64,000 nucleotides of DNA from the NCBI GenBank assembly GCA_002811645.1, contig PDIP01000073.1, forward strand, positions 229,524-293,523, read 5' to 3'. How positions within the stretch are numbered: position 1 is the first letter of the stretch; the number at the start of each line of letters is the position of its first letter. Below, piece after piece: positions 1 to 12,032 of this stretch. The notes under the pieces were generated by a model, which was not told the DNA's origin, did no database searches, and saw only the letters and a program-made list of their open reading frames with translations. Source of the stretch: Corallochytrium limacisporum Hawaii (lineage: Eukaryota; Protista; Pluriformea). Position numbers and translations under genes: made by a program.

Positions 1-223
1 TTACGCAAGATGATGTAGTGTACGGATATCTCCTAACAACGCGAGCCTACACCGACAAGGTTTTGGGTAATCTGTCCGAGGTTTGCGAACCCCGGGGCAA
101 ATGAAATGTCATTTCACCATTGACTCACTAAACCCATGACCTCAATGTTAAAGTAGAAAATGATTAAAAACTGTGTTCGATAATTCAAACTAAATTTCAT
201 GTGTCATTGTTTTATTGTGCTAT

Positions 224-832
224 TCAGACCTTGGAAGTCAACGGGTTGTCCTCGAGTGACTGTGCTCTATCAGACTCGGCCGGCAAATCTGGTCCATTCG
301 AGGCACTTTGTTCCTCATGCCGGTATTCATGCAGGATTTTCAGTACCCGTTCAACATCTGCAAATACTGTGGGTGTTCTAGGAGTGTAGCGCACTTCCTG
401 GAAAGCTCTGAATGGTCCTGCAATGGCGTGCATATGTAAGTGGTCGATGGAATTGAAGGGAGGGATGTGGAAGCCCAGGCGGTGGTCATCAGCGGGTGCT
501 CCGCGATCAGTTAGACACTGCTTACCCAACAGGACCATGTCCTGCAGCAACCTGATGTGACCACTGTCCAATTCCAAAACGCTATTAATGTGTTCTTTTG
601 TGATTACCAGGTAGTGGAATTTTGACCGCGGATACTTGTCCTCAAGTAGATAAAGATCGTCTGTTTCGGAAATAATCTGTTCCGGTTTCAGTCCAGTGCA
701 AAAGACACAGTGCTTCGGTTGTCTCCATGTCATCTCCTTTATGTTTCCTACGACATGGTGAATCCTGCCCGTCAGTCTGCTGCGCATGGTCTTCCGTCCC
801 GTTGAGTCCGACCCTCGGCTGTGGTGAGTCAT
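224..832 (-). CDS. HIT-family nucleotide hydrolase, HINT3/aprataxin-like
   Basis: CVFC N-terminal motif, DKYP..HYLVI, and LGFHIPPFNSIDHLHMH (HxHxH triad in HINT3-type context). First ATG at 832; ATG at 787 is an alternative start. Confidence 0.85.
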   Translation of the reverse strand: MTHHSRGSDSTGRKTMRSRLTGRIHHVVGNIKEMTWRQPKHCVFCTGLKPEQIISETDDLYLLEDKYPRSKFHYLVITKEHINSVLELDSGHIRLLQDMVLLGKQCLTDRGAPADDHRLGFHIPPFNSIDHLHMHAIAGPFRAFQEVRYTPRTPTVFADVERVLKILHEYRHEEQSASNGPDLPAESDRAQSLEDNPLTSKV

Positions 833-1308
833 ACTCACGGGTATCTGTGTTCCCCGTCGCTCTCTTGAATGTGTAATTGTTACCGTATCATGTCCTTTCG
901 AATAATAAACATTTTCTCCTGTGATCTTTGCATAGATTTCACCTATCGCGTTGGTAAATGCGCTGTGCTAAATAAAGACGCACGCACACGGGCGCGTTCA
1001 CACCCGCCCTTCAAGGACCCTCCGCCTGCTGAAAATGGCAGAGATGGGAGATGTGTGAGACCTCCTCAGTGTAGGGCTCCAACACCACCCCCAACCCCCA
1101 ACCCCACAGACAGAAAAATGGTGGGCAAAAAGCTTGAGCACCCCCGGGGTCGTCGAGTCTTAGTCCTCAATCCTCTCCCCCGTTGGGAGGGAGGGTTCGC
1201 GAGCACCCAGGGGCCCCCTCAGACGGGGAAAGCCGGTGGAGCCGATAAAATGGACTCCCGTCCGCATTATCACACTGTTTGGCGGTTCGCCACGTTCCGG
1301 TCCCCCCC

Positions 1309-1312
<4 letters not shown>

Positions 1313-1370
<58 letters not shown>
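1313..1370. repeat. (CT)n microsatellite
   Basis: Perfect CT dinucleotide run in the divergent HINT3/GOSR1 intergenic region. Confidence 0.95.
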
Positions 1371-1374
<4 letters not shown>

Positions 1375-1488
1375 GTCTGTCTTTTTCGGCTTCGGCGGAG
1401 GCAACGCTATTTAACCCCCAAAAGAAAAAGTCACCCTTTTGGCGCGATCGGCTCATGCACTACGGGGCACCTCCGAGCGCGGGCCGGC

Positions 1489-1510
1489 GGCCCCCCCCCC
1501 GGGGGGGGCC
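1489..1510. promoter_or_regulatory. poly(C)-poly(G) palindrome (GG C10 G8 CC), candidate promoter element
   Basis: Seen directly, ~360 bp upstream of the GOSR1 ATG at the GC-rich/AT-rich boundary; function is inferred. Confidence 0.4.
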
Positions 1511-1866
1511 CTTCCACTGCAGAATTGTGTTTTGTTTCACAAGTTTCGTTTGTTGTGTGTATTTTTGTTGTTTTGAGGAAGGATACTTTCTTTCAAGTAT
1601 GGTTGCTAAAAAACTACTGTTATGACTTTAAGGATCTCTGTTCAGGTACTTCGCTGTTATTATTTTGGTGAACCCAAAGTATAGTCATATTTTTGTATCA
1701 CGTATAGCGAATTTGAGAAAATATAAGTGGTCACAGAGACAGAGAGTGTGTGTACAATTGAAATCAACAGTCAGTGTTTAAGCACAATATTTCAGAAACA
1801 ATGTGAATTGAAAGAAATAATATTGATGATTTCTATAGAGTCGATCTCAAGTAACTAGAAACAAGA

Positions 1867-2586
1867 ATGCAAAGTTCACGCCGCCCACAGGAGGCGGGCA
1901 ATCGCGAATGGGACGAACTGCGAAAGCAGGCGCGACACATGGAAAGCGAACTCGATGTCAAGCTCATTCAAGTAAAGAAACTGTCATCAGCGTCAAGAGC
2001 TAATGCTCGGCTGGATGTGAACAATGATATTGGACAAATTAGGCAAGAGGACCTGGAACAAATGAACAATTTATTGCGAGGTGTGGAAGAAATTCTCAAC
2101 CACTTGGAAAGTGTAAACGATCGAATGCAACGCATTGTTGAAGAAACACCAGTTGCACAAGCGTCACATGTGCATATGATGCGGAGGCACCGAGATATTT
2201 TGGCAGATTATTTCCGTGAATATCGTCAGCTGCAGGAGAATGTACGAACGTTGAGCGAACGCAATGAGCTGTTCGCCAACGTCCAGCGCGACATCAACTC
2301 CTACCGCAACAGTCAGGACTACTATCTTGGGGAACGGCAACAGTTGTCTAGTTCTCACAATGTTCTTGATGAGTCAATATCCATAGCGATGTCGGCCAAG
2401 GATGCACTGATGGGCAATCGGGACAGTTTTGAGGACATTAGTGGACGCATGAAAGCATTGGTCCAGCGCTTCCCTCAGATTAACAACTTGATGCAGCGAA
2501 TCTCCCGACGGAAAGCACGAGACAAGTATATCATGGTCGGAGTCATCTCATTCTGCATCATCCTCATGTTTTTGTATGTATTCTAG
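1867..2586 (+). CDS. GOSR1: Golgi SNARE GOS1/GS28
   Basis: WDELRKQARHMESELDVKL N-terminus, RHRDILADY, SNARE coil ending RFPQINNLMQRI, C-terminal TM anchor. Confidence 0.92.
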   Translation: MQSSRRPQEAGNREWDELRKQARHMESELDVKLIQVKKLSSASRANARLDVNNDIGQIRQEDLEQMNNLLRGVEEILNHLESVNDRMQRIVEETPVAQASHVHMMRRHRDILADYFREYRQLQENVRTLSERNELFANVQRDINSYRNSQDYYLGERQQLSSSHNVLDESISIAMSAKDALMGNRDSFEDISGRMKALVQRFPQINNLMQRISRRKARDKYIMVGVISFCIILMFLYVF

Positions 2587-4823
2587 TCTTGCATATCTGA
2601 ATATGGCATGTAGCCCTCGCACTAAGTTGTCTGTCCCACACGGCCCCTGCCGTACATTCCGAGGCGGTCTTCAAAAGCCACAGACTCCGCCAGTTGCCGG
2701 GGTTCTGCGTTACCGATTGCGTGATTTAAAGAACCTTAGTCCCTATAAACTGACCTATATTTTTTTCATCTCGTGGATTTGATTTCCTATGTCGTAAGTG
2801 TACCGAATGAATTTTCCTGATTCAAATCTACAACGGGCCGTAAACCCGCTCCTTCGCCTGTTTTTTTTTTGCGTGCACGCTCCCCGTGCCCGGCTGCGTG
2901 CGATGGGCAGCGACAGCAGCCCAATCTTTGCGTAGACAAGGTATGTGACACGCAGCATCATAAAGTATTCGAAGTGTCTCTATTTTCGCGCACCATCAAC
3001 CACATCATATTCCGCCGCCGCTCACATGCCTGATATAATGACCAGTGGTGTGAGCCTCCTCCATAGCTCACCGTACAAAAGGGTCCCTTGGTGTTTGTAA
3101 ACGTTGAACAATCATCCACCACTCCACCGCCACCGCCGGCGTTGCCCACACAACCCTTGTACAATTTTTCTACTTCCGAAATTCCCGTACATTTGTAGGT
3201 AATATTCAGTTCATCGTGGTCTGCGCACAAGATCTTTCGTTTTTGGGTATGGGGATTTGCACAAGTGTCCTGCAATTACACCCTCCCCCCCCTCCCCCAC
3301 CCCGGGGGGCATAGTGATATGACGTCGAGGTAAGGCTTCCCGGCAGAAGAGGAAGGTAAAGGAGGGGGAGGGGGGGAGGAGGGGGCCGGTTCCCCCCCTG
3401 CCGTAGATTTTATTACCCCTTTCCCCGCCGCTTTCAACTCTCCTCCTCCGAGTTTTTTTCCTTTTCCTCCAAGCACGCCCCCTTCCCCCGGTCTGCGATC
3501 GCCAGAGTTTGAAACCATGGCCCCCCTCTTTTTCTTTGCCTCTGTATGGGTGTGTGTGTGCGTTGGTTTTCTATTTGAGTTGTATTTTTTCCTGGTCGCT
3601 TGAAACTTCCCTCGCTTTTCACGTGGCTGGCCGGCTTCACACAAGGACCTGATCAGCACAAAAGAGCTGCACGGGGGCCCTTCGGGTTGGTTGAGTTGTT
3701 CACCAACTCTCCGGTCTGCCTTCTCCCCTCTCCCTCTCTCTCTCGCTCTCGCTCCACCCCTCCTTTGGCTGTATCTAATCTGTTTCTTCCTTTCGACGGT
3801 CCATGAGGTATACGAAGAGTATGAACTGGGGAGGGAAATTGGAAGGCAATCGCATTTTTTTTTTGCAGATTTCGCGGCTGTTTGCCGATGGTTAACGAAC
3901 TGATGGGAATAAAAACCCAAGCGAGCCCCGCAGGGGCCGGTTGGCCGGCCCGAAAACTGTCGGAAGGACTGAGCGCCCACCCCCAAATTTCTTCAATACA
4001 TTCAGTATGAAAGTGAATGCGGCATTAGCGACCGCCCCCTGTCTTTCCACCGTGCCTGCTCCATTTGTCCCTTCCCCTCGCACGGTGTCGCAGGTTCGGT
4101 GCGCAAGGATTGACTCCCCCCTTCACACCAACCGACAACCTCCGTGTACTTCTCGCTCCGCCTCGAACTCTTTGGGGCGGTCTACGCGTTCAAGCACAAC
4201 CGCAACACAGCGGATGGACATGGATAGAGCCTGCGGCCTGATTTTCTTCTGCTGTTGCCGTCGTCGTGGCAGCTCTGGGGTCTCTTAGCTCCATGGCCGT
4301 TTGTTTCTTCAGCTCAACTCTTACCGTCCAGCAAGGGTTGCAGTGATCGAGTGCCCAGGGCGAGGGGGAAGGGAAAGGGGGGCTGCCGGACTGGGCAGAA
4401 AGAACAGTCACACGGGCGGCGAAGATATTAGCGCTTGCCGCCGCACCAAGCAGGCTGTTCTTTGCTAGTGAGAAACTGGTCACTTCACGAAGAAACCAGG
4501 AACGCACAGTCTAGAGACAGTGATGAACAGTGTGGTGCACGAAACGGGGGACGGTGAGGGTGCCGGTGGGGGAAGTCTTGCCATCCGGTGCTAGCCGCTC
4601 GGAGGTATATAGTGCTCACCAGGTGTGTGATCGCATTGAAAGGATGTGTCCATGTTAGGACCCATCAGTACCCTATTAAGTAAATCAGAGCCAAAGTCCA
4701 GAGATCGAGCGGTGGACGAGTGAAGCTTGGGATAACTTGAAAGCAAGAGGGAGGAAGACAGTAAGTCACGGAGAAATAGCGGTTGAACGAAGGGGAAGGG
4801 ACATACTTTGCAGTGACCCAAAC

Positions 4824-5723
4824 ATGGATGGCACTTCCGTACCGGTTGTTACACATGAAATATGGGATGCTCTCAAAGCTGTCTTCCTTTTACTTGACAT
4901 TGAGCATGTGCAACAGTTTGTACCCATCCAGGGGGTCGCCATGTGCATGTTGGCATGCACTGTCTATTGCGCTTTAGCCGACCTGATCTACATTAGCCTG
5001 GCTGGCAAGAATGGTCCTGCACGCTGGTTTTTTGTGCACGCAGCAGCTAACCTTGTTGTGGTTACTACTGCCACACCGGCTCTAATTGCCTGGTTTGCGG
5101 AACCGGAGACGTCAGCCAACTATACTAAGTACAATATGCCCCACGAAGTCTTTAGCTGGGAGTCTGCCTTTGATCCCTACAGTCACTGGCCTTTGATTAT
5201 GGTAATTGTCATCCACGCTTACCATATCGTCACCTTTGAAAAAGTTACTCCTTCTGATTACTTCCATCATCTTGTCTTTGTACCGGTTATTGCCATCTAC
5301 GGTGGTCTTTTGCATCCCTCGGGGCCCCTGCGCAACGTTTTGGCATTCTTCATCTCCGGTCTACCAGGAGGGCTCGATTACGTACTCCTGGTCATGCAGA
5401 AGCATGGCTATATTGAGCGCCACACGGAGAAGTCGATTAATCGTTACATTAATCTGTACATTCGCCAACCCGGTCTACTACTGGCCGGCTTTAGCATCTA
5501 CCTGAACTGGCGCTCTGGGAATCTGAATGCGGCCACTCAGCCAGGTCTCGGGGCCCTGATTGTCGCTTTCTTCTGCGTCTGGAACGGTATCTACTACATG
5601 GACATGGTGGTGGGCAACTGGTACGAAGTCAACCTGAAGATGAAGCTTCAGGAGGAGCTCAAGAAGCCGACCACCCCTGTCAGCAGTCCACGCCGCAGCG
5701 CCGCCAAGGTGAAGGCCTATTAG
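4824..5723 (+). CDS. TLC (TRAM/LAG1/CLN8)-domain membrane protein
   Basis: Multi-pass; RWFFVHAAAN, DYFHHLVF, FFISGLPGGLDY, N..IR motifs. ATG at 4824 (aacATG); the track's upstream start is not ATG. Confidence 0.75.
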   Translation: MDGTSVPVVTHEIWDALKAVFLLLDIEHVQQFVPIQGVAMCMLACTVYCALADLIYISLAGKNGPARWFFVHAAANLVVVTTATPALIAWFAEPETSANYTKYNMPHEVFSWESAFDPYSHWPLIMVIVIHAYHIVTFEKVTPSDYFHHLVFVPVIAIYGGLLHPSGPLRNVLAFFISGLPGGLDYVLLVMQKHGYIERHTEKSINRYINLYIRQPGLLLAGFSIYLNWRSGNLNAATQPGLGALIVAFFCVWNGIYYMDMVVGNWYEVNLKMKLQEELKKPTTPVSSPRRSAAKVKAY

Positions 5724-6017
5724 GAGCCATAATTTCATCATGCATCAATACTATGTCCACACATCAGCGAATAGATTCCGTCATTGTCCATGAGGCACAT
5801 ATCCAACTACGCTTTTTGAAGGACAAACTTAAAAGACACGATCGTGGGCACCCTGGATTGACAGGGCTAAGATCTCTGTTGACTGATAGTTTAAAATTTG
5901 TGCATTGTGCTTTTATAGAAACAAATTGGATTGTTATGAAACTTTGAATGGAAAAATGATGGTAACATGCTGATGTCTTTTGTTTTAGTTTGATGGGACG
6001 CACCCGCAGCAAACTGT

Positions 6018-7325
6018 TTAGGCCACAACCTCAGCAATGACGCCGGTACCGATAGTCTTGTTACCCTCACGGATGGTAAAGCGATCTCCGGCCTCAGCAG
6101 CGATGGGCTTGATGATCTCAAGTGTGGCAGTTACGTTGTCACCAGGCATGCAGATCTCCTTGTTCTCCAACTGGATCTCAGCGGTTACATCGCAGGTGCG
6201 CAAGAAGATCTGGGGACGGAAGGAGGAAGTGAAAGGTTTGTGGCGGCCACCCTCATCCTTCTTCAAAATATACAGCTCGGCCTTGACCTTGGTGTGGGGC
6301 TTGACGGTGCCAGGTTTGCACAGAACCATTCCGCGTTTAATGTCACTGCGCTTGATGTTTCGCAGCAGGGCACCCAGGTTGTCACCAGCGTGAGCCTCAT
6401 CAAGAGACTTCTTGAAAGTCTCGATACCAGTGCAGGTGGTCTTGATGGGAGCCTCAGTCATGCCAACAATCTCGAGATCCTCACCCTTCTTGAGCTTACC
6501 GCGCTCCACGCAACCCGTCACGACAGTACCACGCCCGGCAATGCTGAAACAGTCCTCAATAGGCATCAAGAAAGGCTTGTCCAGATCACGCTGCGGCTCG
6601 GGGATCCATTCGTCAACATTGGCCATGAGCTCCATAATGCGATCCTTACCCAGTTCAGGCTTCTTGTCCTCAATGGCGGCCAAAGCCGATCCCTTGACCA
6701 CAGGGGTGTTCTCTCCATCGTAGCCAAACTCGGTAAGCAATTCCCGGACCTCATCCTCGACCAGCTCAGCCATTTCCTCATCAGCAGCATCCAGCTTGTT
6801 CATGAAAACCACAATCTTGGGCAGACCAATCTGCTTGGCCAACAGCAAGTGTTCGCGGGTCTGCGGCATGCAGCCGTCGGTGGCAGCCACCACCAGGATG
6901 GCACCGTCCATCTGGGCGGTACCGGTAATCATGTTCTTAACGTAATCGGCGTGACCGGGGCAATCAACGTGAGCGTAATGGCGGTTATCGGTTTGGTATT
7001 CGACGTGGGCAGAGGCGATGGTGATACCACGGGCCTTCTCTTCCGGAGCATTATCGATGGCATCGTAGGCGCGGTACTCGGCGCCGCCAGCCTCGGCGAG
7101 GACTTTAGTGATAGCAGCGGTCAGGGTAGTCTTACCGTGATCGACGTGACCAATGGTACCGATGTTGACGTGAGGCTTGGTACGCTCAAAGGTGGCCATG
7201 CCTCGCAGGCTCAGGGCCGGGAAGACGGTACGAGAGACCATAGGAGCGGAGGCGACCTTGCTGCCGAGCTGAACAGCTCCGGACAGGCGGGAGGCCATCA
7301 TACGGACCACGCTTGCGGATGCCAT
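6018..7325 (-). CDS. TUFM: Mitochondrial elongation factor Tu
   Basis: Presequence followed by [39 protein letters not shown]. Confidence 0.97.
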   Translation of the reverse strand: MASASVVRMMASRLSGAVQLGSKVASAPMVSRTVFPALSLRGMATFERTKPHVNIGTIGHVDHGKTTLTAAITKVLAEAGGAEYRAYDAIDNAPEEKARGITIASAHVEYQTDNRHYAHVDCPGHADYVKNMITGTAQMDGAILVVAATDGCMPQTREHLLLAKQIGLPKIVVFMNKLDAADEEMAELVEDEVRELLTEFGYDGENTPVVKGSALAAIEDKKPELGKDRIMELMANVDEWIPEPQRDLDKPFLMPIEDCFSIAGRGTVVTGCVERGKLKKGEDLEIVGMTEAPIKTTCTGIETFKKSLDEAHAGDNLGALLRNIKRSDIKRGMVLCKPGTVKPHTKVKAELYILKKDEGGRHKPFTSSFRPQIFLRTCDVTAEIQLENKEICMPGDNVTATLEIIKPIAAEAGDRFTIREGNKTIGTGVIAEVVA

Positions 7326-8120
7326 GTTGACTCCGTAAAGTGTGGGAGATGCAATGATAATTCTTTACCCGTTTGAAAACAGTAGGTTCAAATGTCATAA
7401 ACATGTGGTTGTTTTGAACACATACCCTTCAATACCTTCAAATACAAAATCTCGTGCGTGATCATTTCCTTACGGGACAACATTTTCAGAAAGGATAATC
7501 AGCATGACTGTTTGAAGCCTGTAAACTGGTCTTATATGTTACCATAACAAATTTCTTTATTGACAGACGACTTGGCAGAGAACACCGGGTTCAACCCGCT
7601 TCTGTGCCCTTGTGAACCGATCAGTGCTGGGTCTCAGACACCGCTCTCCCGTGTGCGTGACCTTCCCCGTGGCCCTTACTCTCCCATTCGGTACAGGCGC
7701 AAACAAAACACTTCGCACTCGTCAGAGATAAGGTAGAGGCCCACTTGCGCAGCACAGTCGCCTATTGAAGCAAAGGCCCACAAGCTCCGGCACATGGGGG
7801 CCCTCCCCCAGGGAAGGCGGGGAAGGGGGACGGCAAGTTTCAAAGTGGCTGAGGCTGTGTTTCTGTGCGACAGGCCCCCCCGTTTCCTTCCGAGCGGAAC
7901 AATTCCCATACATTCACTACCGCAGGCAACCCGCACAAGGGGTCTCCCGACTCACAATGAAAATTGACCGCTACCGACAGGGCCCAAAAAGAAAAAGAAA
8001 GAGAGAACCTTCACAAGTCCACTGGGTATTGATCATGTATTTTTATTGATATATGGATGGGGAATATAATCAATATCGGACCGACAGTTCTCCAACCCCT
8101 TTGGAGAGTTTGGTCTTTGC

Positions 8121-9068
8121 TTACCCGCTCGCAGCAGCGGCGGCAGCGAATGCTGCACCCGATCCAGAGGTCACGTTGGCGGCGTCTTCTGATTGACGCT
8201 TCTGCGGATGGATCAGGAACTGATGGTCGGCCTCGTTCTGGGTCGGATGCTCAAGATCATCGACCCCGAACGTCCGTTCAACGATGCGTACCCGGTTGTT
8301 GTGATCAACAAGGATGACAGTTGTCGCGCGCGTTCCATATATGCCGGAAAAGCCCGGGGCGAGCGGCACAGGCTGAGGAAGGATGCGGATACTAGACAGG
8401 GCCCACTCTACTTCTTTCGGCACACCAGTGTTGGGCAAATCAGTTTCGTTTTCGTGTACCCTACTGTCCCTCATAATACCAAACAGTTCATCGATCACAG
8501 CATCCTCAGTTTCACTATCAGTCTTCTTCAATAGCTCTGACACGTTGTGCTTACCTTTTTGAACCTTAGGCCAGTTACGTGAGTTGATCGGTCCATTGCT
8601 CATGCCGTGCACGTCCTTCAAAGGCAGCTTCATAACTCCGATCTTGTGGCGATTGCTCAGATACCACAGTTCCGGTTCCTCGCCGTCTAGTTTACCAACA
8701 ATCAGGTTGAATCCATTGTATTGGCCCATCTTCTCCTCTAGCTTTCGCAAATAGGTCTCTGGATCGTCGTTCCCACTAAGGAAGTCAGATGTCAGTGCCC
8801 CGCGACTGAGCATGTTCAGTTTCTGGTTGGCCTCACGAAAGTTCGTTAGAACACTGAATCGACCGTTTTCTGTGATACCAAGCCATGTACCAGCACCTCG
8901 TCCGACCTCTGCATCGTATCCCCCGTAGATGAGGCCTCCGTCATGGGCCTTCCGGTGAGGCCATGCCTGCAGCGGTTCCGTGGGGCGGGCAAAGAATTCG
9001 TCCCTATTGTTGGCGATGATCAATTTGTAATTGTCCGTGGTGTGTATTCCTAGAAATACAATACACAT
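8121..9068 (-). CDS. TANGO2: TANGO2 / NRDE-family protein
   Basis: MCIVF start, NRDEFFARPT, GTWLG, SRG, YNGFNL, YGTR motifs. Confidence 0.93.
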   Translation of the reverse strand: MCIVFLGIHTTDNYKLIIANNRDEFFARPTEPLQAWPHRKAHDGGLIYGGYDAEVGRGAGTWLGITENGRFSVLTNFREANQKLNMLSRGALTSDFLSGNDDPETYLRKLEEKMGQYNGFNLIVGKLDGEEPELWYLSNRHKIGVMKLPLKDVHGMSNGPINSRNWPKVQKGKHNVSELLKKTDSETEDAVIDELFGIMRDSRVHENETDLPNTGVPKEVEWALSSIRILPQPVPLAPGFSGIYGTRATTVILVDHNNRVRIVERTFGVDDLEHPTQNEADHQFLIHPQKRQSEDAANVTSGSGAAFAAAAAASG

Positions 9069-10478
9069 TGTAGTTTTATGTCTATGACCCTGATTCTAAA
9101 CTTCTAGATGTTTCAAGTCTCTACAGCTCCTTACACGTATGTAGGTCTACAGGTTGAATGATCTATATCGTTGAGTTACTATTTCTTTCCTTTATGCTGT
9201 TATTCTTACAAACCCGTCACCATGCAGAGTTCTTTTTATGCAATGTCACAAATACCAGAAACCCATGTCTTGCGTCCGTAAGAAGCGGTGTCGCCTCCAA
9301 AGGTGTGCCCGAGGACAAAGGAATAGGGACCCACGGAACAGCCGCATCTCCCAGGCGAATTCCCCCTTCACCCAGCCCAAAGATTCTCACCCAATTTATC
9401 ATGTGTCATACCCGGCGGTTCTCTCTGCGCCTCCCCCCTCGGCGTGACAGGCCCGAAGAGGAGAGAACGCGATCGAAAAAAAAAAATGGACGCCCCCCCT
9501 CCACTCCAAAACCCTTCTCCCGGCTCTTGGTCTCCTCCCCGTGCCCGGGCAGAGAGGGTCCAAGCAACCGGGGAGGGGCCCCGGGTTCGGGTCTGCTGAC
9601 GGACCACCGGCCTTCTTCACAAGGGAAAATTCTGACCTACAAACCCCCCCCCCTTCCTCCCCCCAAGAGCGAACTACGTTTGCTTCGATCCGTCCCGGCC
9701 GGGAAAGTTGAGGAGGGGGGGATGTGCGTGTGTGTGCCAAAAATAAAAAATCAGGGCTATTTGCGCCGAGCGGGGCATTTACACCCCACCCCCCCTTCTT
9801 TTGCCCAAAGCTTTTCTAAATCTAAGATGCCCCGCCTGCGGGTGACCCATCGATAGCAGCGACGAACACGCAAGCGCTTACAAATCCTTCCCGACTGCCG
9901 CGGTGCGCGCTCCCCTCCCCTGCCTCGCTCTTGCGAAGGAGTGGCAGGTCGGGGACTGTTGGCAAGTGCCTGCCGCCGCCTTCCTCTCTTGGTCACGGGT
10001 GGGTCCGTGGTGTGGCCGGTGAAGTACATCCTGCTGGGTGTGTGCTCATTGACGCAGTGGGCATGCTGTGAGTGAGTCACATGGTCTTGCTGGATGGTAA
10101 CAGACGAGTAAGTTGGTGGCAAGAGTACAGTAAAGCGAAGATCCGGACAAAGAACCAGGGGCAGGAAATTGGGTTCGGAGGAGGATGATTTACCATGTAT
10201 ACTCGTAAACACCAACGAGTCTAAAGAACACGTTTCGTGTGTATTGTGATAGTGTGCATATAAGGAGATAAGCCAACAAGGGAACGGGACAACATGCTGC
10301 TCTTGTCCCCATCGCTGAGGGTTTCCGATCCACGGCTTTGTGCAATGTCCATGAAGTCAATGCGATTGAAATAGATGATATCAATTCTTTAGACGCCTGT
10401 TCCCAATGGTATGCGTGGTGTGTGTGTGCTATGTGATATGTTTGAACCATTTTTAATACCCATGCTAACACCAGATGG

Positions 10479-12032
10479 TTAGTCGAAGCTAATCTTGGTT
10501 CCAGAGAACCCAGCAACAGCGCCAGAGCGGGAAGCCTTCTGCACGGAAGGACCGGATCCGCCACCGCGGCCACCACGGAATCCAAGACCGCCACGGCCAC
10601 GACCACCGCTGTTGCCTCCACGACCGCCGAAACCGCCCCGGCCTCCAAAGCCACCACGACCACCACGGCCACCGCGACCGCCACCCTGACGGGGGGTACC
10701 CTGACGGCTGTTGTCACGCTGGGTAGCGTAGTCGAGACGGGGATAGCGACCGTTCAGTTGGTAGGCACCGCATTCGTTCTTGGCCTTCGCAGCCTCCTCC
10801 TCAGTGTAGAACTGGACGTAGCCGAAACCACGGAACTCACCAGTTTCTTTGCTGGTGGCCAGACGCACCGCCATAACAGGAGCGGACTCGCTGAAGAACT
10901 CCCGGACCTGGTCCTCAGAGACATCGAAGCTGAGGTTACCCACGAATAGAGTGGAGGATTTCTCGGATTCTCCCTTGTCGTTGTGCTTGGCGTTGGGACG
11001 AGTCTCGCTCATATCAAAGCGCAGAGTGCGGCCCTCACAGGGCATGTCCTGCCACTCGTTGATCAGTGTCTGTGCGGCCGTGTTGGGCAAATCAATGTAA
11101 CCATATCCCTTGGAACGACCTGTGTCCCGTTCTGTGAGGATGCGGACGGACTTGGTCTGCACGCCGGTCTCGCCCTCAATGAACTCCTTCAAGCTGTCGT
11201 CGGTGTGGCTCCACGGGACACCTCCACAGAAGAGGGTGACAATCTTGTCATCCTCTCCGCCCTCCTCGGCGACCTTGGCTTTCTTCGCCTGGGGTTCCTC
11301 ACCTGTCTTGTCCTCAACAAACTCAGCAGACTCCTCGGGAGTAGCAGCTTCCTCCTCAGTGGTCTCCTCGTGCTTGCGTTTCTTTTCCGCGCTCTTGGTG
11401 TCCTCCTCGTCCTCAGAATCAGAGTCAGAGTCAGAACCGGAGTCAGAACCGCTATCGCTGTCACTGTCACTGTCACTGTCAGAAGACTTGGAGCTGGCCT
11501 CGCTGGCAGACTCCTTGGCCTCAGCAACCTGCTCAACCTTCTTCACTTTCTTCTCTTCGACTTTAACTTCCTGTTTCTTTGTCACTGCACGCTTCTCCTC
11601 CTCGTCATCGGAGTCAGAGTCACTGTCGGAACCGGAGTCGCTGCCAGAGTCGCTGTCAGAGTCGCTACCGCTGTCACTGTCACTGTCGCTATCGCTTCCA
11701 CTGTCGGAGTCAGCATCCTTCTTGGCGTCGGCCTTCTTGTCAGCCTTCTTGTCAGCCTTCTTCTCCACCTTGGTATCCTCCACAGGCACGACTTCGGGAG
11801 CTTCAGAAGCCTCAGAAGCAGACTCAGAGGAAGAAGAGGCAGAAGCAGCTGAAGAGTCAGATTCACTGGAGCTGGAGCCACTAGAGCTGGAGGAATCGGA
11901 CTCAGAACCAGAGTCAGAGTCGCTCTCAGCCTCAGCGGCGAGCTTCTTCTTCTCTTCCTCCTTCTTCTTCTGCAGGGCTTTCTCCTTCTTGGAGACCTTG
12001 CCGGCCTTCTTTGCCAGGATTGCGGGAGACAT
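10479..12032 (-). CDS. Nucleolin/Nsr1-like nucleolar RNA-binding protein
   Basis: Acidic Ser/Asp tracts, two RRMs (SKGYGYI; LFVGNL, RGFGYVQF), RGG box, C-terminal GTKISFD. Confidence 0.92.
   Translation of the reverse strand: MSPAILAKKAGKVSKKEKALQKKKEEEKKKLAAEAESDSDSGSESDSSSSSGSSSSESDSSAASASSSSESASEASEAPEVVPVEDTKVEKKADKKADKKADAKKDADSDSGSDSDSDSDSGSDSDSDSGSDSGSDSDSDSDDEEEKRAVTKKQEVKVEEKKVKKVEQVAEAKESASEASSKSSDSDSDSDSDSGSDSGSDSDSDSEDEEDTKSAEKKRKHEETTEEEAATPEESAEFVEDKTGEEPQAKKAKVAEEGGEDDKIVTLFCGGVPWSHTDDSLKEFIEGETGVQTKSVRILTERDTGRSKGYGYIDLPNTAAQTLINEWQDMPCEGRTLRFDMSETRPNAKHNDKGESEKSSTLFVGNLSFDVSEDQVREFFSESAPVMAVRLATSKETGEFRGFGYVQFYTEEEAAKAKNECGAYQLNGRYPRLDYATQRDNSRQGTPRQGGGRGGRGGRGGFGGRGGFGGRGGNSGGRGRGGLGFRGGRGGGSGPSVQKASRSGAVAGFSGTKISFD

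Noticed and set aside
6240-7376. 378-aa antisense ORF over TUFM (likewise 28387-29859, 10983-12069, 60795-61376)
   Set aside because: Shadow ORFs produced by strong codon bias on the coding strand; no recognisable domains.
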